From NCBI RefSeq assembly GCF_009914755.1, contig NC_060940.1: DNA of 64,000 nt; one strand, written 5' to 3'. Positions within the stretch are counted from its first letter, which is position 1. Each line of letters begins with the position of its first letter. Below, in pieces: positions 1-17,872 of the stretch. Source of the stretch: the human T2T-CHM13v2.0 reference genome, Homo sapiens. Under the pieces are notes generated by a model, which saw only the letters and a program-made list of their open reading frames with translations, had not been told where the DNA came from and ran no database searches. A program made the translations under genes and the position numbers.

Positions 1-340
1 AGATAGTGAGTGGAGGCAGTGCAAGAGATGTCAGTTTTGCAGCTTGCTTTTCTTCAGTTCCTCGCATCAGATTCTGTTCTCTGTTCTGATTCTCTTTTCA
101 GACACCTGTTTCTCCTCGTTTTCTAGTTTCTGGTAGTATTACCTCAGAATCTAGAGCTAACCCCCAAGTGCTCCTTGGCTGAAAGCACTTTAATATCTAA
201 TGGATGATAACAGGATCTAACATGGAGTTGTGGGGAAATCATGGACACAGGATTTATTTATTTAATAAATATATTTATTGTCACTACATGGAGAGTACAC
301 CATACTCACTTCTGGATGAGTGGGGAAACTGCTGATATGA

Positions 341-713
<373 letters not shown>

Positions 714-1969
714 TGCTTCCTTTTTTAAAACCAATTTTTTCCTATGCTGGTATTCAAGGAAATGTTAGTAAGCATACAGTAAAAGGTGCTCAAAGTGCAC
801 ATAAACCTGGGACATGTTGGAGTTAAATGAAACTAAATAGTTTTCTTAGCTGCAGGCTGCCCAGAGCCTGCAATGTGTGAATGTGTGTCATAATTGTTCA
901 CAAAGGTCTCCATCATGTTAAGCATTTCCTAATTATTTGACCATAGAACTTCTTTTTTCATGGCAAGTCTACTAATAGCTCCTAGAACAGAGTTCCAACG
1001 ATCATTATGTGATGAACACTGAAGGCCTTTTTCAAAAGCTTTGAAGGTTCTTGTCAAAAGTACATGCATTATCCAAGAGAGGAAATGCAATTGACCACCA
1101 CTATCCCAGAATAAGTTGGCTGAAATTAGCTAATCTCACTTAGCAAGGCCTGAGCAACAGCTTCCTCTGTCTTGAGTTTGAATCCCTGTCTGTCATTTCT
1201 GCATGATCTATGCTAATTTTTGACCCCACTGGTCCTCTTTCTTGCCCTACAATTTATCCTCCCTAACTGACATGGATAGAGTGGGCATCAGAGATAATGT
1301 TTTCCAGGCTCCAGCAAGAGCCACCCTTTCAGCCCCCGGTCCCAACAACGAAACACTGTAAGAAGGTTTGTCTATGTCAGGCATTCTCTGGCTTACAAGG
1401 AGAAAAGATTTTCCTTCCTAACCTAACTGAACTTAATCCTGAACTTAATCCTGAAATATTCTCATCGCTTTTTCACCTCTGAAAAATGTGACCTTAATCA
1501 AACTTGACTGCTAAATATTGGACAGGGTGAGAGCCACAGAGAATCAAAAGGATACATGCTGAAAGGTAGTGTGTATGTGTATTAAACTTTCCTGAGCAAT
1601 TTCAAAGAGGTAGTAGTTGTGTGAAGGGTAGAATATTTGTACCATGATTTGGATTTTGTAGAAATCTTTTCAGTCAGCAATGAAGGCAAACTGGTCATAG
1701 AAGTCCTACCCACCCTTCTATCTCAACCAACTTCGAAGGCATGGAGACAGGTAATTAAGACATCACCTGGGGCTCTACTTGTCAGATCCCCAAATGAACT
1801 TTCACAATTAAGTTCTTTAAGATCATTTGGGTATTATGCCTTATGTTTATTTAGCTCTTTAGAGTTTGTCAAATACTTTCACATAACTTATCCAAACTGA
1901 TTTAAAAAATTATTTGTATTTTACTTTTTAAATTAATTAATTCATTTTGGTCTGGTAATGTCACAAAAA

Positions 1970-2360
1970 ATTATTTTTAGAACGATTTTAGGTTTACATA
2001 AAAATTGGCCTGAAAGTGAAGAGGATTCCTACTTACCTATACTTTCTTCTCCCTGCAGTTTGTTTTACTATTAATATCTGGCATTACTGAGGTATATTTG
2101 TTACAATTGATCAATCAGTATGTATACATTATTATTAAATGAAGTCCACAGTTTACATCAGGGCTCATCTTTGTGTTGTGCAGTCTGTGGGCCTTGACAG
2201 ATGTAAAATGTCATGTATCCACCATTAGAATATCATAGAGAATAGTTTCACTGCCCTAAAAATATGATGTGTTCCACCTTTTCATCCTCGAGTCCCTGGC
2301 AATCATTGGTCTATTTCCTGTCTGTATAGTTTGCCTTTTCCAAAATGTCGTGTAGTTGGC
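1970..2360 (-). mobile_element. Old L1 (L1MC-like) 3' end fragment
   Basis: Recognisable antisense L1M 3'UTR text (ttttaggtttaca...gtatccaccatta...atagtttcactgccctaaaa); subfamily from recall. Confidence 0.7.
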
Positions 2361-2369
2361 CAAATTGAC

Positions 2370-2500
2370 TTTAATCTTCATGACAACTCTGTAGCTAGGC
2401 AAGTTTTGTTATCTCATCATAGATGAAAGAAGTTCAGTGAGATGAAGTGACTTATCTAAGGACTCACGATCGAGGGTGCCCAAGCCAGGACTAGGACCAG
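2370..2500 (-). mobile_element. MIR fragment
   Basis: tttaatcttcatgacaactctg...agatgaagtgacttatctaagg, MIR core-like. Confidence 0.55.
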
Positions 2501-3241
2501 CTAAAAGCATGAACACCAGCCGATCTCAGAAAGGGGTTAATTGCTGAAGACATAGACTATTAGCTTACAGGAGCCCTCTCAGCCCAAGCACTTTAATTTC
2601 TTAGTAGCTACAAGGAGGAAGATTGCACATCTTCAAAGGAAACTAGATGCATGATATTGGTGAGATGAGACTTGGAGGTGACTTCACAGATGATGGGTTT
2701 AATGCCCCATAATTATGAAGGAAGGCCAGTCTCTGCCAGTCTGACTCAGAGGGCTTAATGAGTCATCCTATTTGTCCTCTCTGCTGCTATTTATGGGCTT
2801 CCCAGTCGCTGATATTTGTTGGTTAAATGCTCACACAACCAGTCTTGCCTAAAGCAGTATCATTTATAGGGTGTTGAGAATAAACGGTGACAGGAGTGGG
2901 ATAGTCATTTTAAAGAATATTTAGTAGCTGATTCTTTTTTAAAGCTCTCCTTGCTTAAAATATAAATATTCTGAAAGAAAACAAAAGCCAAGATCCTTTT
3001 TGTAGAGAGTTGGAGAATGCTAGGACTTTCTGGGAGTGCTGGCTTTTGCACGGGCATGGGTAAACATTAGTGAAGTTATTGCTGAGAACAGCTCGGGACG
3101 GGAGGGGAATGAAAAGAGAAGACAGTGTGGAGACAATGAGAGAAAAGGACTGAAATGTAGTCACCTGAGCAACTTAAGATCCGTTTGTCATTAGAAAGAG
3201 ACTAGAACAGCAACATCACCCTCATAAAGTGTAGTCATCTG

Positions 3242-3545
<304 letters not shown>

Positions 3546-3569
3546 TCATCTGAGTCCATGTAGTAGACT

Positions 3570-4015
3570 AATTGCTTACTCCAAAGGAGTGATTGAAGAA
3601 AAATTAATGAAGAGGCTATTTACAAAGGTGCAAGCAGAATTAGGGGGGCATTCTGGAGCCAGTAACTGCAGAGAGCCATGACCATCCTCAGGCCTAAGGA
3701 GGCAAGGGAAGGGAGCACTGACTGGACCCTAGAGAGACTTGTAGTTTAGCAGAGGCTGTCTGACTTAACTGGGACCTTTGGTAGAGGAAAGCAGCCACTG
3801 CCAATCTACAGGGGGTGAGCTGGAGAATAAATAACACACTCTTTTCTTTCATCCTCTTAATTTCTGCTGATACTTTCCATTGGCCAAACCCTAAAATGAA
3901 ACAGAGACCAAGGAAACCCATATGATACAATAATCCATGAAGGTCAGCCTCCCAGGCCAAAGAGTCAGCAGAGCAGAGGAGGGTGGAGAGGGCTCTGGAG
4001 GGCCACACACCAAAA
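3570..4015 (-). mobile_element. LTR33-family solo LTR (ERVL)
   Basis: Reverse complement resembles recalled LTR33 5' end (ccctccaga..ctctccaccct..ctgctctg..gggaggctgacct..gggtttggccaatgg). Confidence 0.65.
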
Positions 4016-4419
4016 ACCTTCAGCTCCAAGGAAGAGGATCACGTTAATGCCCTAGGGATAGACAGTACCAGAAGATTGTGTTGAAATCTGCTTTCTTAAG
4101 TCTTTATTCATATTAAAGTCACTATTAATTAATTAAAATATTATAATGACATATATTGAGTGTGCAGCTTCAACTTTATATATCCCTTGGTGTCTGAAAA
4201 TTCTGAAATAACTGTTTTGGAAGGGTCCATCTCCCTCAAGTCCCTATGGAAAATCACTCCTAAGAGGCAAGACAAGGGTAGCTGTGTTAAAGTTGAATGT
4301 GTGTGGAAAGCTTAGTTAAAAAGCCATTGCATAGTTATAATAATAAAGAGGGGGTCGCAGTTTGCACCTACACATATTAATATTTTCCCACTTTATACTT
4401 AGATTTAGCTTAAGTTTAT

Positions 4420-4990
4420 CCATTTATTCATTCAACAAACACATACTATGCTCCTGCTTTGTGATTGTAAAAGGATCTACAAAATCTGTCTCTAATAACC
4501 CTCCCTGACTCCTGGCCCCTGGCCCCCAGCCACCACTGGCAGGACTGATGGTAGGTGCTGAGGCAAAGGAAAAGCTTCTCTGAGGCAGTGACATTTGAGC
4601 ACAGGAGGAAGGAGTCAGCGCTGCAGATCTTGGGGACGGGCTGAGGAAATAGCTTGCTCAAGGATCTGAGCTTTGCGTGAAGGCGGAAGGTGCTAGGGGA
4701 GGCAATGATATGGTGGTCCGAGGCCTGTTCATGGAGGGCCTTCCAGGCCACAGTAAGACATTTGGATTTTATTCTGAGGGTGCTGTATAGTAAATAGAAG
4801 GTTCTGAGCAGGAAAGTGAGATGACAGAATTTATCTTTCTAAAAATAAATTCCAGCTACTATGTGGAGATTGATTCCAGGGAAATGGAAGCAAGGGAACT
4901 GATTAGGAGGCGATTTCAGTGGCTGTGACAAGGGATGACGGTGGTCAGTAGAGGTGCTGAAAAGTGGTTGGGCATGGATACACTCTATGT
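4420..4990 (-). mobile_element. L2 LINE 3' fragment
   Basis: ttattcattcaacaaac (L2 3' terminus) plus ggcttctctgagg..gtgacatttgagc and tttggattttattctgag motifs. Confidence 0.65.
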
Positions 4991-5529
4991 GGATATTCAT
5001 ATTGTCCTTTTAGTTAAAGATGACAATTTTCTAAAGGAAGATTTTCTTTTGTGGATGGGGTTGAGGGAACTCACACCAGTTAAAATGAATTGAATTGCTG
5101 TTGTCTAACTTAGCCTGCCTCAAATTCACTCAGGAGACTTATTTAAAAAGGAAGATTTCCCAGAGAGATTTATTTAAGGGAAAGCAGAATTGGCATTCTT
5201 CTTTCGACCTAGAGCACCTTGACAAGCTGTTGCCAGGACACGCAAGTGGGATGGTGTCTCTTGTGCAACTGATAAGAGGAAGTGACCCTTGGATTGAAGG
5301 AAGTAGAAAGATTAAATCAGAAAGAATCAAGGTTCAGAGTCTGCAAAGCCACAAGCCCTCTGTATGGGCCAGCAAACCCCTGGGCCTGAGAGGCATCAGT
5401 AATTGTCACCCGAGTTGGATTGAACTGAAATAAAGAAGTAAAGATCCTATATAATCTATTGAAATCTTTAAAAGGGTTGCAAGATATGCATTACTAATCT
5501 ATATATTATCTTAAAAACAAACAAGACTT

Positions 5530-11009
<5,480 letters not shown>

Positions 11010-11094
11010 GGGCTTCCTCAGAAGATCCTGATTCTCCAAGACCTAGACATCTGCATTTTTGAACTCAGACTGAGAATTACCATTTAAGTATTTA

Positions 11095-11131
11095 GCACCA
11101 CCCCCTAGTGGTGGTTACTTGAAATTGCAGA
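11095..11131 (-). promoter_or_regulatory. CTCF motif with upstream module
   Basis: Minus strand TGCAATTTC-n6-CCACCACTAGGGGGTGGTGC: core plus ZF9-11 upstream-like motif at canonical spacing; binding not shown. Confidence 0.6.
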
Positions 11132-12200
11132 TGTAACAAATTTAAAATATAGTTCTTTCAATTCTTCCTGTGTATTTGTTGCACGCAAAGTAACAATCTT
11201 TCGCATCTATTTTAGAGCTAGTTAAATATAGCTAGTTTTAGAGGAATAGCCACATAGGGGTAAAAACTCCTTATTCTCCAGTGATTATCTGGAAAGAACT
11301 CTCAAGTATTAAGATAAAAAAATAGAAAGTTCATAAGTAGCAATTAATTAGCTACTACTTATTGTCAGAGAGCAGTTAAAGCTTCCAACTCATAGCCAGG
11401 CTGATTATTAAAGAGCTATACGATTAGAGTAATTGAAACTGTGCAGGTGAAATGGAAAGTTAGTGGCCTCCAAAAGTCATGAAAAACCAACACTGAACTT
11501 ACACTAACTATGGAAGAATAGCAGTACGATCCCAAGGGATGTGTATTTCTTTGAACCATTGTTTTAACTGGCTAGAGGAAGTTTGTGTTTAGAATTTTAT
11601 TAGCTTATCATTTTGGGTTGGAAATTTTTGTTCTATAGCCGCAATGCAGACCAGCCTGCAATGCCACCACCGTTTCTATCCTTGCTTGTCTGCTTTGGTA
11701 GCTTTTTCCCTTGGATTTTCCAGAGGGTAGAACAGAGGGCAGCCCGGTGTTAGGGTCCTGATAATGGGAGGGAAAATGTTCCAAATATTCTAAATGGGGC
11801 AACTGCTTCTACACTTGGGTCAGCTGGAAAACTCTTCCAGCTTCATAGTGTATTTGTTAGCTTGCTTGCTTTCTGTTTGTCATTCTCAGATTCTCCACAA
11901 ATATTCATCCTGCGTTTCTAACCCCCATGTTTTCTCTCGCTCAACACAGGCTCATATTTGAACCAGAAGGTCATCTAGTACAAATTTCTCACATGCTTGA
12001 TGAGGAGCCTGAGGTGTGAGTAGGGTGGCGGCTCTCAGGTTACAGAAAGGGGTGGCTGTCCAGTGGAGCTGTGTCCCAGCACTGCTCATGGTGGCCCAGT
12101 AATACTTGCAAGCCAGTGTTCTTTCTGTGACCATCCAACTCCCAACTTCTGCTTTTCATTTCCTTCCTCTATCCCTATAAACATCCCCTACACCCAGAAA

Positions 12201-12213
12201 CGCGCCCCGCTAT

Positions 12214-12244
<31 letters not shown>

Positions 12245-12278
12245 CTCACACTCTCTTTCTCTCTCTCTCTCTCTCTCA
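12201..12278. repeat. Compound microsatellite (GC)n(AC)n(CT)n
   Basis: Directly visible. Confidence 0.95.
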
Positions 12279-12728
12279 GTTTTCTTCTTTCTGCAAATCC
12301 CCTTCCCTTCCCGCCTTGGCAAGCTGCCCAAAGTATGGAAAATTAGGCAAGTTGAACCTTTAAAAAATCCTTTATTTTAGAATAAACCCAAAGGAAACCT
12401 CAGCTGTCCAACTTTCACTAACTAAATTATGCAATGTTTCCTTCTGTTCCTTCATCTTGATTTATTTTTGTGGGTTAAGCCTTTGGCGGGAGGGAAAAAA
12501 GGTTTATTTGTTACACTCCAGAGGAGAAAGAACTTGAAGGAGGAAATAGAAAACAAAAGGAAAGGTGAGCCGAAGGATTAAATAATGAATCAAGGGAACA
12601 CGAAATACAAATCTGGACATGCCCACATGTACTTTTCCATTTAGAAACAGACCCAAGAAACAAGTGGTGCGTTTACCCATTTTTTCGAGACTAAAGCCCT
12701 TGCTTAGTAGCCCCCAAAGTTAGCGTTA

Positions 12729-12748
12729 GCCTGCCCTCTAGTGGTGCC
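12729..12748 (-). promoter_or_regulatory. CTCF core motif
   Basis: Minus strand GGCACCACTAGAGGGCAGGC, near-consensus. Confidence 0.6.
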
Positions 12749-13244
12749 TGAAAACGTGTGCTAGACTGTGGTGCCCAATGCAGAGCTTTGCTTGTCCCAG
12801 AGATAGACGCTTGAAAACCTCAAGATTAGAAGGAACGCTTCAGCAGCTTTCCAGTAAATACAGTAGGTGGAGACACACACTGGAAAACTGCAACCTAGGC
12901 AACATTGCTTTCGTTTGACTCTTAGAAGATTGCTAGGCACCCAGAGTTATTGAAACTCGGGTTGACCATAATTTGTCATGCTTAATATTTCCTGCTTTTA
13001 AAAAATTGTTAAAAATGTTAATATATGGAGATTTTAAGCACATACAGTTTATAAATCCGTTGGCGCTTCATGCCATTAATTATCTTAAATACCCACCAAA
13101 AGCAGAAATTTGGGTGATGGTATGGAGGTGCAAAGGTTAATAAGACACAGACCCCGTCCTTAAAACTTACTCTTTGTTTGGAAGAGAAGATCTATTTGAA
13201 TGTAATTACAATACATGGCAGTGGTATAACAAAGAGACAGTTTA

Positions 13245-13308
13245 AATATATATATATATGTTTAAATATATATATATGTATACACACACACACATACACA
13301 CACACACA
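13245..13308. repeat. (TA)n/(CA)n microsatellite
   Basis: Directly visible. Confidence 0.9.
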
Positions 13309-13339
13309 AAACTGTGCTAGGTATGCCCACATCTTACTT

Positions 13340-13650
13340 AATATTTACCACAACTATGTCTTTTTACATAAGAAGAAAGGGAGGTTCAGAAAGATTAAGT
13401 AACTTATCTTAGTTCAGATAGCAAAGAAATAGCAAAATTAGAATTCAGGTATTTTGATTTTACTTTCATTTCAATTAACTTCAACAGAGCTTTATTGAGA
13501 ATCTACCATGTACCAGGCAGTATGTTACATGCTGAACATGCAAATATAGGAAATACCACTGGCCTCACGGTTCTAGTCTTGTAGGGGACTGGGCTATGCA
13601 GAAACAAGCTGTATTGTGATATATGCAATAATGCAAGTTTGTACATATTA
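13340..13650 (-). mobile_element. MIR and L2 3' fragments
   Basis: gaggttcagaaagattaagtaacttatc (MIR); ttcaacagagctttattgagaatctaccatgtaccaggc (L2 3' end). Confidence 0.55.
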
Positions 13651-13778
13651 CCTTCTGAGCAAAGCAGCAAAGACTGTTCTTTTTCCATAAGTTGTTGACT
13701 TTCTGTCATGTGACCCTGGTAAGTAACCATGATCGAACTGATCAAGAATCTGTAACTTGGCCAAAGGTAACCACAAAG

Positions 13779-14868
13779 TTGTGCAAAACTACAGGATACA
13801 TAGAGTAAATATTTTGGGGGTTTCATTATTACAGATGACGTTGAGGAGAGAAAAGTTTTACATTTTTACAATCTTAGGTTTACCAATGGGCTCTGGGAGG
13901 TCTAATAGCAGAATTCTGCCCAATAATGGAGGCAACTCACTGACCCAACCAGTGAGAGCACAGGTAGTTTCCACTGTGAGAAACTCAACTACAGAACCAG
14001 AGTAGAATTAGAAAGAAACAAAAGTGGAGGTAACAGCTGAACTAGTGAGAAGCGGAAGCACAGAGAGGTGAAGGAGAGAAGTGAAACTGTGAGTATGGCA
14101 CCGTCGGGAGTCAGGGGCCAAAGGTCCCTCTTCTCAAGGGGGCATTACCATTACTGACTCAAAGGGGAGCCCTTTCTGACATCCCAGGGCTCTGGGAGGC
14201 TGGACTACAACCTGCCTAGTGTCATACCTGTGCTTCCTTATTGCCTTAAGTATCTTTCCAATCACCCACATCACCAGAGGTCACCCGAGACTACTTGATC
14301 TTTGCAACAGAAAGTGTAACTCCTGCAGCACCAAAGTGGTGCGGAGGAGAGTGAGGAAGTGTGGTTGGAAGGGTGGACGCAGCAGGGGCTTTACCAGGAG
14401 GCAATGCCAAAGCAGAGTTCTGAGCTACAATGAGGGGTTTGCAAGGAAGACAGAGGGGTTTGCAAGGAAGGAGCTGCAACGAGGAGTTTGCAAAGAAGAC
14501 AGAGGAAGGTACCTCAATAATTCTGTGTTTATTCCAGTACTGGACATAACCCATGGCAAACCTTAATTTCCAGGATCTCCTTTGTGTAATGACGCCAGAA
14601 ATCCTTTCTTCAGGAACCCTGGCTTTGAGAGAGTGACATAAGAAAGGAGAATTTTCTCTTTTATGGAGGCTGTAAGTCCTGAAGCTTGATGTGCTGACCC
14701 TATTGTGTGGCCTTAACTATTGGCATATTCTTCTCAAGTGGGATATGGGGATGCAGCACTGGGGCCAGGGGATTGTGCAAAACTAAGGATACATACAGAA
14801 AAATCTTTATGGGGTGTCATCATTACAGGTGATGTGAAGAGAGAAAAGTTTTAACTTTTTACAATCTT
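13779..14868. repeat. ~96-bp imperfect direct repeat pair (13779-13875, 14773-14868) enclosing a 21-bp tandem repeat (14432-14505)
   Basis: ttgtgcaaaacta..gagagaaaagtttta..tttttacaatctt occurs twice about 1 kb apart. Confidence 0.85.
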
Positions 14869-14994
14869 GAAAGGTGTTGTCCTGTATGATCAGTATAAAC
14901 CTACTTTTTTGTGTTGGGTTAATTTTTTTCCCACTCATTTGCATAAAATCCAGGGTTCTCTATGATCCCAGCATAAAATCATATTTAAAGAAAC

Positions 14995-15742
14995 ACACTC
15001 TTTTCTTTATCCATTCATCTTTTAATGAGCATTTGGGTTGGTTTCAGCTCTTGGCTATTGTGAATAGTGCTGCTATGAACACCCATGTACAAATATCTCT
15101 TCAAGATACTGCTTTCAATTCTTTTTTGGATATATGCCCAGAAGTGGGATTGCTGGATGTATTAGTCCATTCTCACATTCCTATAAAGAACTACTTGAGA
15201 CTGGGTAATTTATGAAGAAAGTGGTTTAATTGACTCACAGTTTCTGCAGGCTGTACAGGAAACATGACTGGGAGGCCTCAGGAAACTTACAATCACAGCA
15301 GAAGGTGAAGGGGAAGCAGGCATATCTTCACATGGTGGCAGGAGAGAGAGACAGAGTGAAGGAGGACGTGCTACACACTTTTAAAAACCAGATCTCATGA
15401 GAACTCTGTCATGAGACAGTACTAGAGGGATGATGCAAAACCATTAGAAACCACCCCCATGATCAAATCACCTCCTGCCAGGCCCCACCTTCAACACGTG
15501 GGGATTACAATTCCACATAAGATTTGGGTGGGGACACAGAGCCAAACCATATCACTAGATTATATGGTAATCCTAGCTTTAATTTTTTGAGGAACCTCCA
15601 TATTGTTTTCCATAATGGCAGGATCATTTTGCATTCCACCAACAGTGCGCAAGCGCTCTAATTTCTCCACATTGGTGCTAACCCTTGCTATTTTCTGTTT
15701 TCTTTTTAAATAGTGGCCATCATAATGGGTGTGAGGTGACAT
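14995..15742 (-). mobile_element. Old L1M 3' fragment split by an MSTA LTR
   Basis: Antisense L1 text (ttggctattgtgaatagtgctgctatgaac..gggattgctgga / tatatggtaat..ttttgaggaacctcc) resumes after the LTR. Confidence 0.8.
15158..15554 (-). mobile_element. MSTA (MaLR) solo LTR
   Basis: TGTATTAGTCCATTCTC...GCCAAACCATATCA termini; 5-bp TSD CTGGA/CTAGA. Confidence 0.9.
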
Positions 15743-17419
15743 GTAGATTGATTTTAAAGTACAAACCCCCTTTGAAATGGTTAGGGGATCTCTGAACTTT
15801 CATGCCTTCTGGTAAACTTTGATTTTATCAACCAGCTGAAATCATTCACTGAAGTATATGTTATTTTGATCTAGGCAAGTTGTTAGGATCCTGGAAAGAG
15901 ATCTTAGATTTCTTTAAACTTGGTAAATGTAAAACTGGAAGCCCCAAGAGTGGGGGCTACCTGAGAAGTCCCACATCAGGTACTTCTCTCTCAGTTGTTT
16001 TGACCCTGAGGACATTTTTTATTGAATGAAAACAAACATTTTCATCAGAATTATTCCAACATTTCTGGAAATATTATCAAGAAATTATTTTCTAGAAGCA
16101 GATGTCTTGAATTAATGTAATTCTTTGATCAAATTTCTTCCTGTGCCATTAAATAATTTTCAGTATTTTTATTTTACTGAAATAATTTAGACTTTATTCA
16201 GTGATCCCATTTTATGTCCTTATTAAATCTTTCCAACTTTTCCAATCAGCAATTTTGAGGTTTCTTTTGTAGTCATTTTCTACCAAACCTAATTTTCCTG
16301 GGCTAGATTTTGCAGGTATAATTTTTGACAAGAAGATTTGATTCTTTTGTCAATTTTTAAAGTCAATTACAAATTTTTCTGTGTAAAGCTTTCACCTTTG
16401 TCAGTTTTATTTTGTGTTATTTCTATAAAGTGCAATTTTAAAAGAGTTCACTTTTGTAGTTTTGTGACTTACCAACACAATGAGATTCTTCAGTCAGTTT
16501 TTTGTCAATATCAAAGTTAACATATATCATTTTAGTTATTATCAGTTTGATCCTGTGTAGATTCTTTTTACTACATCAATTTTTTTTTCTAGTGACCCGT
16601 TGAAAATATACTTGATGTAAGAATATCAAGGTCATAACATCATGTTTTCATCCAAAGCTACTCTGTTTAAATATATTTAAAAAGTAGAATCGACCTGTCT
16701 TTTTAGAAGCATGGGTTTCACAGGTAAATCCTTAATCTAGAAGTGAGAAGTTTTGGGTGTTTGTCTTTGTTCTGCGCTCATCACCCCTGTGTCTACAGTC
16801 TGATAGTCCTCATCTAAAAGTGAAGTGATTGAAGTGTGTGATTTCTAAATCCCCTTGCAACTCTGACTTAAATTTCTATCTGTAAGAATCTATTCCTATC
16901 TGCAGATTGAGATAATTGATCATTGCTTTGCTTCATATTTGATTCACTCCTCTCCCCTGTCAATCAGTGCCTCCTGACAACCAGCCTGTCTGTCTGCACT
17001 TGCTCAGACCTGGGTAGGAGCCTCTGATGTTCCCTACACAGATTTGCATGTTGTTCTTAGAGTCTTGGCTTCTGATCTGCTCCAGAGTGCCACTGCTCTC
17101 AGGCTTTCTGAGCTCAACCCATATCCTTTCTGATTGAGCACCAACCAGCTGGGCTCAGAGCAGCCTGCCTCCACCCTACCTTCATCTGCCTGGAAGCTAT
17201 GAGGTTATCAGGGACCATGCTGAGCCTTGTCTTTCCCTATCCCCACTCCTCAGCCTAACTCCTATCACCTCTCTTTGTGGGTTAGGCATGAAGGGACAAT
17301 CTTGGGGTTATGTGGATATAGTTTAGGGTAGACCAATCTTAAAGGCAGCAGAATTAGGACAGAGCCCAAGGCCATTGTAGGCAGGAAGGGGAGATAGGAT
17401 AGACCACATCATTTAAGGA

Positions 17420-17872
17420 ATCATTTCAGGATCCCAGGAGGAATGTGTTGGGCCATTTTCATTAGGACAATTGGAGGGAGGTTTAGTGAAGGGACTGTTT
17501 ACAAAGGATGAGCAGTGTTTATGGAGTCCATAAAGGACAGTGTAGCACCACTGAGTTCAGTTACAACTCCTCACCAGAAATGATATGAGGAGGGATCAGT
17601 TACTGGAACCTGGGTGGAGAGAATCACATAGAGATGACTTCAAGACAATACTTCAGGGATCAAGCCAGAGGCATAAATATCCCAGCCTCCAATCCTTCTC
17701 CCTCCCTCTTATCTCCTATTAACGACCTCTAATTGGCAGAACCCAACTCGAGGTCAAAAGGCAAGGGAGTCCATTGATGAAACTCATACAGTTCAGTGTC
17801 CCCAGCAAGAGAGTAGGATGAGAAGCGTGGAGAGTGACCTCAGCAGTGAGGAGGAGAAGATAACAGGCACAG
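17420..17872 (-). mobile_element. LTR33-family solo LTR
   Basis: Same motifs as 3570-4015 (gaagggactgtttacaaagg, attggcagaacccaac, ggcaagggagtcc). Confidence 0.55.

Noticed and set aside
12522-12564. Possible 43-nt exon (ctccag|..aaag|gtgagc)
   Set aside because: Plausible splice signals but no partner exons or recognisable protein; expected by chance
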